A DNA stretch of 64,000 nucleotides, taken from the NCBI RefSeq assembly GCF_011745625.1, contig NW_027191456.1, positions 1,054,001 through 1,118,000 of the forward strand, in the 5' to 3' direction. Source of the DNA: Cladosporium halotolerans (lineage: Eukaryota). Positions 24,701-32,232 of this stretch are shown here, piece by piece; the first letter of the stretch is position 1, and every line of letters starts with the position of its first letter. Made by a program: the position numbers and the translations under genes. The notes beneath the pieces were generated by a model. The model worked only from the letters and a program-made list of their open reading frames with translations. It was not told the origin of the DNA and searched no databases.

Positions 24701-27414
24701 TGGTGCAAATGCTTGACAAGCCTGGCGTTGCCACGCTTCTGCGTCTCATGTTCGTCTCGCTTCACCACCGCGCTAAGAGCTCTTTGCACTGCATCCTTTC
24801 TGATGTCTGCAAGAACACGCAGAACCGTGCAGAGGTCATCAGCATCCTCCTCTCGATCCTCCAAGACGGAACCGCAGACGTGGGAGCTGTAGAGCGCAGC
24901 TTTGCTCAGCTCTCTCTTCGTGCGAAGCAACTCGCTGGCGCGAAGACCCCTCAACCGCTCAAGCGTACCCTCACCGGCCAAATGGTTACGCCAGCCACCG
25001 AGCTTTCGCCACTCAACATTGTTCAGCAGTGCCTTGGCACCTTGAATGCTCTTTCGAACGACAACCCGAAGGTGCAGACCTTTTTCCTCTCCGAGCATGA
25101 GACCATCAGCAGCCAGAAGGCGAAGTCTGCCAAGAAGAACAAGGGCAAGGAGAGCAGGGCTGCTAAATACCCACTCAACGCCCTCCTGATGTTGCTGGAT
25201 CGCAAGTTAATCACGGAGAACACTGGCGTCATGGAAACCCTTGCTGGTCTTCTCAGTCGTGTCACTCATCCGCTGCATCTCTTGACGAAGAAGAAGGAAG
25301 CCGAGGCGAAGAAGGAGCAAGAGACTGCTGAGGCTGCTGAAAAGACAGAAGACGAGGCGGCTCCCTCGGCCGAATCTTCCGGCGATGTTCCTATGCCAGA
25401 GGCCACCGCTGAGCCTGCTGGCGCAGCATCTGCTGATCAACAGCCTGCTTCCAACGAGAAGCCTTCCTCCGACGACCAGAAGGAGGCCAAACCTGAGACA
25501 AAGAAGAAGCGGGAGCTCGAGCCGCCTGAAGTGCCTGACGAAAACATTCGCCTAGTTATTAACATTCTTGCTTGCCGCGAATGCCCTAGCAAGACCTTCA
25601 GTGACACCCTCGACATCATCAAGCACCTGACTGCCATTCCGGGCGCTAAGGAGACATTCGGCAAAGAGCTCATCCGTCAAGCCCAGGAGCTCGGACAAAA
25701 CATCGTAGCTGATCTCGAGGATCTTGCCGGCCAGATAGGAACTGCGAAGACCGGCATCGATCTTCAAGGAATGGCCCTCGCCAAGTTTTCTTCTTCGGGC
25801 TCTCAGCAACGCCGACTTCTCCAGGTTCTGATTGCGCTTGATCACCTCTTTGACCCCAAGCGCATGATGGGTCTCCAGAGCGTATCTAAGGAATCCGTTG
25901 ACCCCAAGCTGAAGGAAGACATTCTCACCACGCTCTCCGAGAGCGCCACCTTCGAGAAGCTTTGGAAGAACCTGAGTCTCTGCCTTGGTGCAATCCGCCA
26001 GAGAGGCAACATGGTCAACGTGGCGACCATTCTCTTACCTCTCATCGAGGCTCTCTTCGTTGTCTGCCGCAACAGCGCTCTCAAGGAGTCTACACCTGGT
26101 ACTGCTGAGGTGGCTCCGGGCACGCCACTGCCGGAGACGAGGATGGAGGGTCTGTTCTTCAGCTTCACTGAGGAGCACCGCAAGATCCTGAACGAGCTGA
26201 TCCGCAACAACCCGAAGCTCATGAACGGCAATCTGTCCATCTTGGCCAAGAACTCCAAGGTCCTTGAGTTCGACAACAAGCGCAACTACTTCAACCGCAA
26301 GCTCCACACTCGTACTGATCGGTCTGGCACCGGCTCTCTGCAGCTGCAGGTGTCCCGCGATCGCGTCTTCCTTGACTCTTATAAGTCCCTCTACTACAAG
26401 AGCGGTGAAGAGATCAAGAACGGAAAGCTGAACATCCGCTTCATCGGCGAAGAGGGTATCGATGCAGGCGGTGTCTCTCGTGAGTGGTTCGCGGTCATGG
26501 CCCGCCAGATGTTCAACCCGGATTATGCTCTCTTCAACCCTGTGGCTTCGGACCGCACCACATTCCATCCCAACAAACTCAGTGGCATCAACGAAGAGCA
26601 CTTGTCTTTCTTCAAGTTCATCGGTCGCATCATTGGCAAGGCGCTCTACGAGGGACGTCTGCTCGATGCTCACTTCAGCAGAGCGGTTTATAGGCGCATG
26701 CTTGGCAAGTCGGTGTCTCTTAAGGACATGGAAACGCTTGACCTTGACTACTACCGGTCTCTTGTTTGGATCCTCGAAAATGATATTACGGATGTCACTT
26801 TCGAGACGTTCTCCGCTGAGGCTGACACTTTCGGCGTTACTGAGACGATTGACCTTATCCCCGATGGTCGCAACATCCCTGTCACCGAAGAAAACAAGCA
26901 GGAGTACGTCCGTTTGGTCGTCGAACACAAGCTCGTCAAGTCTGTCGAAGACCAACTCAACCACTTCCTCAGCGGCTTCCACGACATCGTCCCCGCTGAG
27001 CTGGTCTCCATCTTCAACGAGCAAGAACTCGAGCTGCTCATTTCCGGTCTGCCTGACATCGACGTTGACGACTGGAAGAATACCACTGAGTATCACAACT
27101 ACACGGCTACGTCGCCGCAGATCCAGTGGTTCTGGCGCGCGGTCAAGAGCTTCGACGAGGAGGAGCGCGCTAAGCTGCTGCAGTTCGTCACGGGCACGAG
27201 CAAGGTCCCGCTCAACGGCTTTAAGGAGCTCGAGGGCATGAATGGCTTTGCCAAATTCAACATCCACCGCGACTACTCTAGCAAGGACAAGTTGCCCACA
27301 AGCCACACTTGCTTCAACCAGCTCGACCTCCCCGAGTACGAGAGCTACGAGCAACTCCGCCAGCAGCTCTACACGGCTGTCACGGCGGGCAACGAGTACT
27401 TCGGCTTCGCTTAG
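15730..27414 (+). CDS. TOM1: HECT E3 ubiquitin ligase TOM1/HUWE1 (3894 aa)
   Basis: N-terminal PRGDLYHWIPLLDRFD (DUF908/913 region), long acidic tract at about 22.5-23.2 kb, UBM-like GIDREYIEALPEEFR and EFLDALPAELQ repeats, C-terminal HECT domain (GEEGIDAGG, LLQFVTGTSKVP, LPTSHTCFNQLDLP, YFGFA). Confidence 0.97.
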   Translation: MGRIKKTPSERHTATISPAITEFVETASRTPLHELPSKLTSFPRLWPLPRGDLYHWIPLLDRFDHILELFNKEYGLSDGPQTQPFERRLLEKGDAEDGMPYPAGGAQKQELDASGYSAEGDKELVEAIVYFTRLLLEHCGNRSLYASSGHINDLLHTTSLSLLKAALKLGLRLAQRYQVARYKNNSAQIQPTLLANHYNFNLDNLHKVALPFPKPPSTLSNVATTTPGKGKDKAVPTSSFNPSDLAALVKEPLSGTLKRELSNVHVTFYDQPSTFEKPHAMHTSQAEAAPDSPTPVRRTSALGPSRDRPPVGDRSQSTNDVGDTPVKSRETDTSNAPKTFQLPASRVAEVPSWQLMREAMASVPKESHYDLLNRVRIAQAFASPQPPIQLLLETRLLAIANLAYAVGESKFQEKIGQADGEEPRRFHLAQQLCDLLQPVSNGQSVLALDLETTVLQTLEALVRLKHKWSEVVEALAITVNHGILYYELRKAVATLHSEDHADTELELKETDWRTATLTLVDTVSQANPQAKYAERMLAAGVMDIEIEVLSLRTKRAERHQEKVIGFLDAYIHNIAASFQTLTSLKGLDIVSDLAKYEVDTSLASLERGEEMPASYKSKVIDYDIPYYQQATLRSLFKFIVHLFDHNSGVHDRELRNLLDSPQMLGALRTVIERAGVFGSNVWSGAVNTVSNFIHNEPTSFQVIAEAGLAKAILETITKSNLSDEIPADFEPNVSFEPEPVEVVDGEVKHPVVGGILPVGETICDIPTAFGAICLNENGMKLFQSSNALDKFFDIFVSPPHVRALEDEGMTAATVGNAFDELSRHHPQLKEQILAAVVKMVKKVRSVTQILAEQSAVGAKLWTLPSGEEESEVSGGVRAVAGHGVFEASGKITASEIGEDAPERARATPYISACIKFLDGFFHNSTMCQNFCVNGGGEVVIDLATSPSNPPDLVAYNVFSKMATVVKRMCEEKPHLILPSLLARTQAALKHLKPLIDSKEPGSYFKQYTDPSVAKETPAGPEGTTVIKALTSAHVLSHMLGRALVPSSSSPRHPSSNQMFTMLNFTDVYVELIDSFSKLHTACLWENLELRDRLSDNEKWKNGTDPRPFSPRRVNAEGFVELPQASNGDGKAEGNAKGPSASDIGETKAELFAFKNTRAIRYLISQTPTGIESFFQNLGQVLIPKRTTDLNTKQHAALVADHLAKSALRELDARKLGKVNEDAELKYVGHVLHCTTRMLLRSTHSMDTYGSKEAVTLVLLKFYHADGFDKLKEKLKLFGDVLARPGDKPEAVENAAREGLSTILSFYSQIVRPKCINDAAQSNILSVRGADNADYFAPGQFLVELRKVVLDTVTEVWHSDAIVQIGDHNVKAVIEILKFVLKAEGEERGLTRSEKATRRVTTAAPDFTLKNFSNVDNVKNAGFEGDLAREAIYRCNNHELFAKEYADLRKAHNAPRFAIPGGDKEPEPVPSNDNTRSVEMRDAGAEEAQPTSSSQEVPSSDQDMSEDDNFGSLGALPVDLANSDLLAMTDRSQALHRMLGFATAEAPSAEPPAEDTKRPFITVEDLSEARDELRADIIDRCLEVLSGQPNITFELADLIQAAVAKSGEGANPRAEIGNTLVSSLLSLQGEEGSESGAKISSYAHLVALIMQERDFFDSTLDELKDNFESFINWIQLRPDQKAEDAPWIEMLLLIMERVLAEDEQPIEVEWTAPSTDEPTKPLPEPKIPEPVVPQETRAQLFGTIVDLLPKVGKNSSLALSITRVLVILTRRHDLASRLSEKMCMSRLFLMIRQLSGAVGEKLQTSFLLVLRHLIEDEQTIRQIMKTEIKNAFEGQRTMRAIDTTSYVRNLYHLVLRDPQIFVEVTQEMLEIPRFDGHPNRAQTLALKPVPKPEEKPEDASATKTEGESSAAAQAKPTETKTPDVNSTDGIVPFLLRELSSYREVEDKPAPKKPEIKAPAPEGNAANAGDVDMPDAASGEKSGEDKKEEKPVFKAEEHTIYIYRCFLLQCLSELLACYSRTKLEFINFSRKSESQPATPSKPRSGTLMYLLNVLLPTGSLEHKDEIVHRKRQVTSNWATTVLVALCSQTQENYNPRQVNSQKQPEEDPDLLFVRRFVLDHAIKVYKDATTSPEPLDQRYSKLLAIADLFDRMLNAKPDRQSPINAAGFDKSRQQLGRLMYEKNLIAALTSSVAELDLNFPNAKRAVKHILVPLKTLTDLAVELSQRAELSSTPGTSTEEEEIASDTSASEGDSEEEREQTPDLYRNSALGIYNAEEDDDEDEDDDEDDDEMEDYEGYDEEMEFDEEDGAAPGDVVSDDDEDEMEGMEGMEEMGPIEGLHGDRMEVEVIDGSDDDEDDESGDEVDDDDEDEDGYDHDLEEITGDEENASMADDVEEADWEDEVDDYDDEEEARHGGPLDHIAHVLGEPADGVDPDDGLQVDMGADGEDEFFEDEMPPGEDEDDEEDEIDFDGDVVYEPEHEDEEMDEMGWEWDVPPPAMGRGHHHHHRQGGAGLGEFLDFMNADPLRPAPPRYHRGIGNGRGEEEGTNPLLQRNFGPAIGGDRAGGATPPFMSRGSRMGGGQNIIGDLVAAMNRGGPGNGEFERISLNVDPRQFMGGRGLHPVFAISPRGGAQFIDIDPRRPWREQVPGFTNSRGTSPTDEGQAVEFRPMVTSVRWQEEARMLFGGKHHEKATRIIHSLLRLLLPPAMEAKKIRDKEEAERRAAEEKAREEERQKAEAERKEREEREKKEREEREAKEAEEAAAKAAAEAPEGSQPAPTDEAAQGSSAAAGEAAAESAPRERITITIRGRELDITELGIDREYIEALPEEFREDVIMGQFAERRRAAQETEVTQSGEAPSEISREFLDALPAELQAELLASEARDRRRREQQEARRQQRAQGGGQAAQAQDMDQSDFLATLDPGLRQTVLMEQDPEMINLLPEELQREARELIGDRPRHRPGRDVRGPRVINVPAGGLPQAGEETEERQRFRPVVQMLDKPGVATLLRLMFVSLHHRAKSSLHCILSDVCKNTQNRAEVISILLSILQDGTADVGAVERSFAQLSLRAKQLAGAKTPQPLKRTLTGQMVTPATELSPLNIVQQCLGTLNALSNDNPKVQTFFLSEHETISSQKAKSAKKNKGKESRAAKYPLNALLMLLDRKLITENTGVMETLAGLLSRVTHPLHLLTKKKEAEAKKEQETAEAAEKTEDEAAPSAESSGDVPMPEATAEPAGAASADQQPASNEKPSSDDQKEAKPETKKKRELEPPEVPDENIRLVINILACRECPSKTFSDTLDIIKHLTAIPGAKETFGKELIRQAQELGQNIVADLEDLAGQIGTAKTGIDLQGMALAKFSSSGSQQRRLLQVLIALDHLFDPKRMMGLQSVSKESVDPKLKEDILTTLSESATFEKLWKNLSLCLGAIRQRGNMVNVATILLPLIEALFVVCRNSALKESTPGTAEVAPGTPLPETRMEGLFFSFTEEHRKILNELIRNNPKLMNGNLSILAKNSKVLEFDNKRNYFNRKLHTRTDRSGTGSLQLQVSRDRVFLDSYKSLYYKSGEEIKNGKLNIRFIGEEGIDAGGVSREWFAVMARQMFNPDYALFNPVASDRTTFHPNKLSGINEEHLSFFKFIGRIIGKALYEGRLLDAHFSRAVYRRMLGKSVSLKDMETLDLDYYRSLVWILENDITDVTFETFSAEADTFGVTETIDLIPDGRNIPVTEENKQEYVRLVVEHKLVKSVEDQLNHFLSGFHDIVPAELVSIFNEQELELLISGLPDIDVDDWKNTTEYHNYTATSPQIQWFWRAVKSFDEEERAKLLQFVTGTSKVPLNGFKELEGMNGFAKFNIHRDYSSKDKLPTSHTCFNQLDLPEYESYEQLRQQLYTAVTAGNEYFGFA

Positions 27415-28273
27415 GCGCTCTCTCGCTCTCTGTCTCTCGAGCGCGTCAACAATTTTGTACATGCATAGCGCAATAAGCTACTGAGCGCGGCGTTTTGGAG
27501 CGGGGGATTTCTGCTTTTCGGTTTCTTTCTTTCTGTCTATCGGAGATGTGTTCTTTTTCAGCGGTTTGCTGAAGATTGTGTGCTTCTCTCGCGGTCCATT
27601 CGGCTTGGGTCATCGGCTGCAGGCGGGGACGGAGTGCAGGCCTGAGCTGTCTTGCGCCGGTGTCGCTAGTCGGAGTGGGCTCGATGAAGCAGGAGTGGAG
27701 TACTCAAGGTAGATAGATGTAGTAATATTGTTTCTCAAGTTAGCTTTCATGGTGTTACTATGAGAGATCGCATGGATGCTTCGCATCAAGACCCGATATA
27801 CGTCCAAGTGCATTCATTGACGTCTTATAGCATACTACCGATGCGAAGAAACACAGAACGAAGGACGATTGCGAATACACGATACATCTCATTATCCAGA
27901 TATGAAGACTGTGCATCTCGAAATGTACAAGTCTTCCTATGCATTGATCATGAGCGACAAAATGAATGAACGAAACGGAGATCTCAAGCCATGAAGTCAT
28001 TGTTTATGATGCCGTAATGCTAGCCTATCTACCTACGTGCTGTATGGCCCAAGATAAGAAGGTCTTTTCTGTAGAATCGAAAGAACAAAAGGCAAAAAAC
28101 GTCCCTGCTAAAGGTTACGCAGCCCAGAAGAAGCGAAGTCGGCGAGAAGCCGTTCAGCCCGGTCGATCTGCTGAGGGAGTAGTGAAGGCTTCAAGGACGA
28201 GTTGCAGCACACCGACCCGCGGCGTGCTGTTGTCTCCCTCTCCTGAACCAATCACTCTCTCGCAACCCGCTGT

Positions 28274-29893
28274 CTACTCAAGCTTCAGCGCACGCGCGTG
28301 GCTCCTCTTCGAGTACCCCTTCGGCCCCTCGCCTTTCCCGTGGCCGTGGAAGGTCTTCTTGAGAATGTACGCGATCCAGTCCAGGAGGTCCTTGAGCGTC
28401 ATGCCCTTGGACGGCGCCTCGTCGGAACCCTCGGGCGCGGGCGCGTCGGGGGCATCGGTCGGCGAGGGCGGCGCGGCCGTCGCGTAGCCGCTGGGGAGTG
28501 CCGTCGGTGCGGCTTCGGTCGGCAGCGCTTCGGTTGGCAGGATCGAGGTCAGGTTCGCGATGTAGGAGCTGATGATCGGGTTGACGGACGCGGAGGGCAC
28601 GATGCTAGTCAGGGCGGAGGTGGGAAGGGTGGAGGTCAGATTCTGGAGGGCGGAGGAGAGGACTGGCTCCAGGGACACGGAGGGTGCTGGAGGCGCGGAG
28701 GTTGGGACGGGGGCGACCAGAGTGCTGTTTGCTGGGCCGTAGGGAGCTGGCGCGGTAGGTGCGGCCGTCGAGGCGGTCTCGGTCACGGTGATGGTGCTGC
28801 CTAGGCCGCTTGAGGCGCCGGTGGGCGCGACGAGGGTGCTGTTTGCCTCTGGATATGGGAATGGTGTCTCGGAGGGGGTGCCGGAGGTTGTGTCTACCGG
28901 GTTGACGATGGAGCTCGAGGGAACAGTCGGACCAGCCGTTGGCGCCACGACAGTGCTGTTCGGCGATGGGTAGGGGTATGGCAAGCCGGTGCCAGCGCTG
29001 GGGACGACGAAAGAGCTCTCGGCCGGCTCTACTGGGATTTCGGAGCTTGACTGCTCAGGGCTTGCAATTGAGCTGGAAGGTGCAGTTGGGCCAGCAGTGG
29101 GCGCCACGACGGTACCGTTTGGCGAAGGGTAGGGGTAGGGCAGGCCAGTTCCAACGCTCGGCACAGCGGAAGAAGTGTCAGCGGGAGCAACAAGAGTCGA
29201 GGACTCGGCCGTTGGCAGGACGATCGTGGTGTTCACGCCAGGGTAAGGGTATGGCGCGCCAGTGCCCGCAGGTGGGACAGCAGGGCCAGTTCCTGTGGGG
29301 AAGGGTGCTACAAGAGAGCTGGAAGGAGCCGAGGCAGTAGGTGCAATTATCGAACTGTTGCCCGCAGGGTAAGGTGCAGGGACATCGGTCGGGACAGTCG
29401 GAGCACTGCTGGCCGGGCCAGAAGCAGCAGTCGAGGAGGCACGCTCGGTTGTGACAGTGACAGTGGAAGTGATAGTGCGAGTGATCTCACGGGTAATCGT
29501 AGAGGTAGCCGCAGGAGCTGGGGCGGAGCCACCGCTTGGGTAGACGGTCAGAGTGGCAGTAGCAGTGACATCTTTCGTGATAGTCTGCGTGTTCGTGATC
29601 GTGGCCGTCTCCGTGATGGTTGAGACGATGGGGGCGCTGCTGTCGTCCGGTGAGACCAGGGTGTTGCTGGGCGCCGGTGCGGTCTCCGTGACTGTGACTG
29701 TCTGGCCCTCGACTGCAGACCCCGAAGGATAGACCGTGGCAGTCTGGGTCAACGTCGAAACGCTGGTGACGGTGGAAGTCGTGGTTGGCTCGCAAGAGGA
29801 GTAGTCTTCCTGAGGGAAGGCTTCCCGCTTAGCAGCAGTGGCCAGGGTGGCCAGGGATGCCAAAACGGCAATCGTAGAGGATGTGAACTTCAT
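28274..29893 (-). CDS. Secreted Ser/Thr/Pro-rich (mucin-like) glycoprotein with PYP-NxT repeats
   Basis: Signal peptide MKFTSSTIAVLASLATLATA followed by a Kex2-type KR; T/V-rich segments; repeated PYP(YP)..N-x-S/T..VAPT units; no hydrophobic GPI tail. Confidence 0.8.
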   Translation of the reverse strand: MKFTSSTIAVLASLATLATAAKREAFPQEDYSSCEPTTTSTVTSVSTLTQTATVYPSGSAVEGQTVTVTETAPAPSNTLVSPDDSSAPIVSTITETATITNTQTITKDVTATATLTVYPSGGSAPAPAATSTITREITRTITSTVTVTTERASSTAASGPASSAPTVPTDVPAPYPAGNSSIIAPTASAPSSSLVAPFPTGTGPAVPPAGTGAPYPYPGVNTTIVLPTAESSTLVAPADTSSAVPSVGTGLPYPYPSPNGTVVAPTAGPTAPSSSIASPEQSSSEIPVEPAESSFVVPSAGTGLPYPYPSPNSTVVAPTAGPTVPSSSIVNPVDTTSGTPSETPFPYPEANSTLVAPTGASSGLGSTITVTETASTAAPTAPAPYGPANSTLVAPVPTSAPPAPSVSLEPVLSSALQNLTSTLPTSALTSIVPSASVNPIISSYIANLTSILPTEALPTEAAPTALPSGYATAAPPSPTDAPDAPAPEGSDEAPSKGMTLKDLLDWIAYILKKTFHGHGKGEGPKGYSKRSHARALKLE

Positions 29894-30822
29894 GTTCGAG
29901 GTTGAGGCTTGCTTGAAAGAACGACTGGGGTCTGTTTTTGCTTTGCCTCTTGAAACCCGCGAGCACCAGTGCTCGATGAGGAACGAATGAATGTGATGTA
30001 ACGAATGAAACCGCTCACAGAGCGTTTGGAAAAGACCGTGGTCACCGGGAACGATGGGCGTGCGTGTGTGAAGAAAGCAAAGGAGAGATGCTACGGATGG
30101 GCTGGGGACCTCATATACTTACCAATACTCGCGCCTTGCGGTCGTTGTCATACCTTCTGCCCAGACATGCTCGGTTTCACGATAGAGACGTATCGAGAGT
30201 GCGAAGACTACGCAAGTCAGGGCCTCCCGCCATTCGTGAGCTTGCGGCAAGCCACCTGCAATCACCAGCGTGATGAGGGCTCCTCGGCGTGTGGGCGTAC
30301 GAATGGGAGACGAGGATTAGATGGAGGTCCCGCTGCCAATAGCACATCAGCCGAAGAGGCGCACGGTAGCGGTACCCTTCGTCATTTCCGCATCGGCGGG
30401 CGTGGGGAGAGAGTTGCGATCTCTGACGATGCGCGTTTCGGGTTGAAGATTAGTCGTTTAGCCAGTCGGGAGGAGTGACTTCAAGCCGGTCTAGGCCACT
30501 TCGAGCCCCTGCATTCCCGCCTGGATTTGCGTGGAAGGATTGGATCGACGACCAGGTGGCAGCCTTGGGGAGGCTCTAACATGGGTCGGACGGTGATATG
30601 CCAGAAATACACCATCTCTGCCGTGTGCACAGTAGTTTGTCTCGAACGCAACAAGGCCAGCGTCCCTGTCCTGGCTCACGACTCCTGATCGCTGCCAAGA
30701 AGCCGAAATGCAGGGCGAACTGGTTCGACTCCCAGGAACGTCGCGCCCAATCTGCATCTGTATAAAAGACAGGCATGGCCGGCTAAAATGAGGAAGTCAT
30801 GGAGGGGGTAGACGTGGAGAGG

Positions 30823-30847
30823 AAAAAAAAAGAAGAAAGAAAAAAAA
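30823..30847 (-). terminator. RNA polymerase III oligo-T terminator of the tRNA gene
   Basis: A T8 run begins 5 nt after the discriminator base on the minus strand (A-run 30840-30847 on plus), followed by a second T9 run. Confidence 0.8.
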
Positions 30848-30852
30848 TCTCA

Positions 30853-30980
30853 TAGCTGAGAATGGTTTCGATCCATTGCCCTCCGGGTTATGAGCCCGGC
30901 GCCTATGTGAATGTTAGGTACGATTCATGGGTACAGATTTCTCGAAGTGAGAACTTACGCTTCCGCTGCGCCACTCAGCT
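30853..30980 (-). tRNA. tRNAi-Met: Initiator tRNA-Met (anticodon CAT) interrupted by a 56-nt GT-AG intron in the D-stem
   Basis: Exon 1 30980-30959 plus exon 2 30902-30853 give 72 nt: AGCTGAGTGGCGCAGCGGAAGC|GCGCCGGGCTCATAACCCGGAGGGCAATGGATCGAAACCATTCTCAGCTA. Acceptor stem AGCTGAG/CTCAGCT with A1-U72, D-stem GCGC/GCGC, anticodon stem CCGGG/CCCGG with three G-C pairs, CAT at 30892-30890, T-loop ATCGAAA (A54/A60). These are the eukaryotic initiator hallmarks. Confidence 0.92.
30903..30958 (-). other. Spliceosomal-type (U2, GT-AG) intron within the tRNAi-Met gene
   Basis: Minus strand reads GTAAGTTCTCACTTCGAGAAATCTGTACCCATGAATCGTACCTAACATTCACATAG: 5' site GTAAGT, branch CTAAC (30917-30913), 3' TAG. 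Exact GT..AG removal restores the cloverleaf. Confidence 0.85.
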
Positions 30981-31281
30981 TGTGGATGAAGGCTTGGCTT
31001 CTGCAAAATAATATGTACTATTGTTATTTGCAGAGCTGACGGCAAGCCTACAACCTCATTCAAGGGAATCAACGCTACCAATACATCCTGAACACCTCAG
31101 CTGCGCGAAAACCTGATTTCGCATTTGCGCATGCTAGAATATCCTTTCTCTTAATGACCCTAGGACCTCCAAACACTGCCCCGGGTCACAATTGACACAA
31201 TCCGTGTTCTCCTATCGGTTTCACACTGGCACCAATCTTTTAGGCTGTTCTGCAGCCGCTTGAAACCATACCCAAGCCACC

Positions 31282-32232
31282 ATGGCACCGATTACCGGAC
31301 CATCTCATCTGGTCAACTCGCTAGCGAGCCCGGCACATCTCGAAACATCCGCCTCCCAACTCGACGGCGTTCCCAAGGATTTGGAAGACTCGATCCGCTT
31401 TGAAACAAGCAGGCTTCTCCAAGCGACCGGCATCTTGCTGCGGTTACCTCAGGAAATAATAGCGCAGTCCATCGTGGTCCTATCGAGGTTCTGGTCTGGT
31501 GCTGATGGAATGAGTCTGTTGGAGTGCGACGCCGTGGTGAGCATTCCCCTCACAACAGCAACCAGATGATCTACAACTGACACCCACCAGGACGCAGCAG
31601 CCGCCGCGCTCTACCTAACCGCCAAACCCTCCGCCACCCCTCTCTCCCCCAGATCCCTCCTCACCGTCCTCGAATACACCAGCACCGTCTCCCCCCATTA
31701 CTCCCAAGCTAGCACAGGCGCCTCCGAACCCCAGTGGTCCCTCTCCGAAGGCTCCTACGAAACCGCCCGCGACCGCCTCTACGCCACCGAAGCACAGCTG
31801 CTCCGCACCCTAGGCTTCCAGACCCACGTCGCGCTCCCGCACGCCCTCTGCATCAACTACCTGCAGACCCTGCAGGTTTTCAAGGCGCCTTCCTCGGACG
31901 GCTCCGCGCTCGCGAAGCGCGCCATCAAGCTGCTCAACACCGCGCTCCTCAGCCCGCAGCAGTTGTTCCTCACACACCAGCCGCCTGCTCTCGCTACGGC
32001 GGCGATTTACCTCGCGGTGCGCGAGGAGGGGGTCAATTTGCCGGATGTGGAGTGGTGGGAGGTCTTTGATGTTGATAGGGAGGAGTTGGGGTTTTTGGTC
32101 GTGGCCCTGACGAGTGTGGAGGGGTTTGCGGAGAGGGAGAGGGAGGTTTGGGGCGACAGGAAGGTGCCGTTGACGGTTGGGGAGGTGAGGGCGGAGATTG
32201 AGCGGAGGACGATGCTGGAGGAGGGGGAGTAG
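31282..32232 (+). CDS. Cyclin L-like protein (Lcp1/CCNL family)
   Basis: ETSASQLDGVPKDLEDSIRF..LLQATGILLRLPQ; intron 31537-31590 then AAALYLTAK, EAQLLRTLGFQTHVALPH, LFLTHQPPALATAAIYLA, WWEVFDVDREELGFL. Confidence 0.8.

Noticed and set aside
26035..27462. 475-aa antisense ORF over the TOM1 HECT domain (similarly 22522-23559 and 24340-25098)
   Set aside because: Shadow frames caused by C/G-ending codon bias of the sense gene; no recognisable protein motifs.
30903..30958. Reading the tRNA insert as a canonical SEN-type intron, or the locus as a tRNA pseudogene or SINE
   Set aside because: The position is 23/24 rather than 37/38, I see no bulge-helix-bulge at the junctions, all stems, promoter boxes and the terminator are intact, and there is no SINE body or tail. 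Non-function cannot be fully excluded without RNA data.
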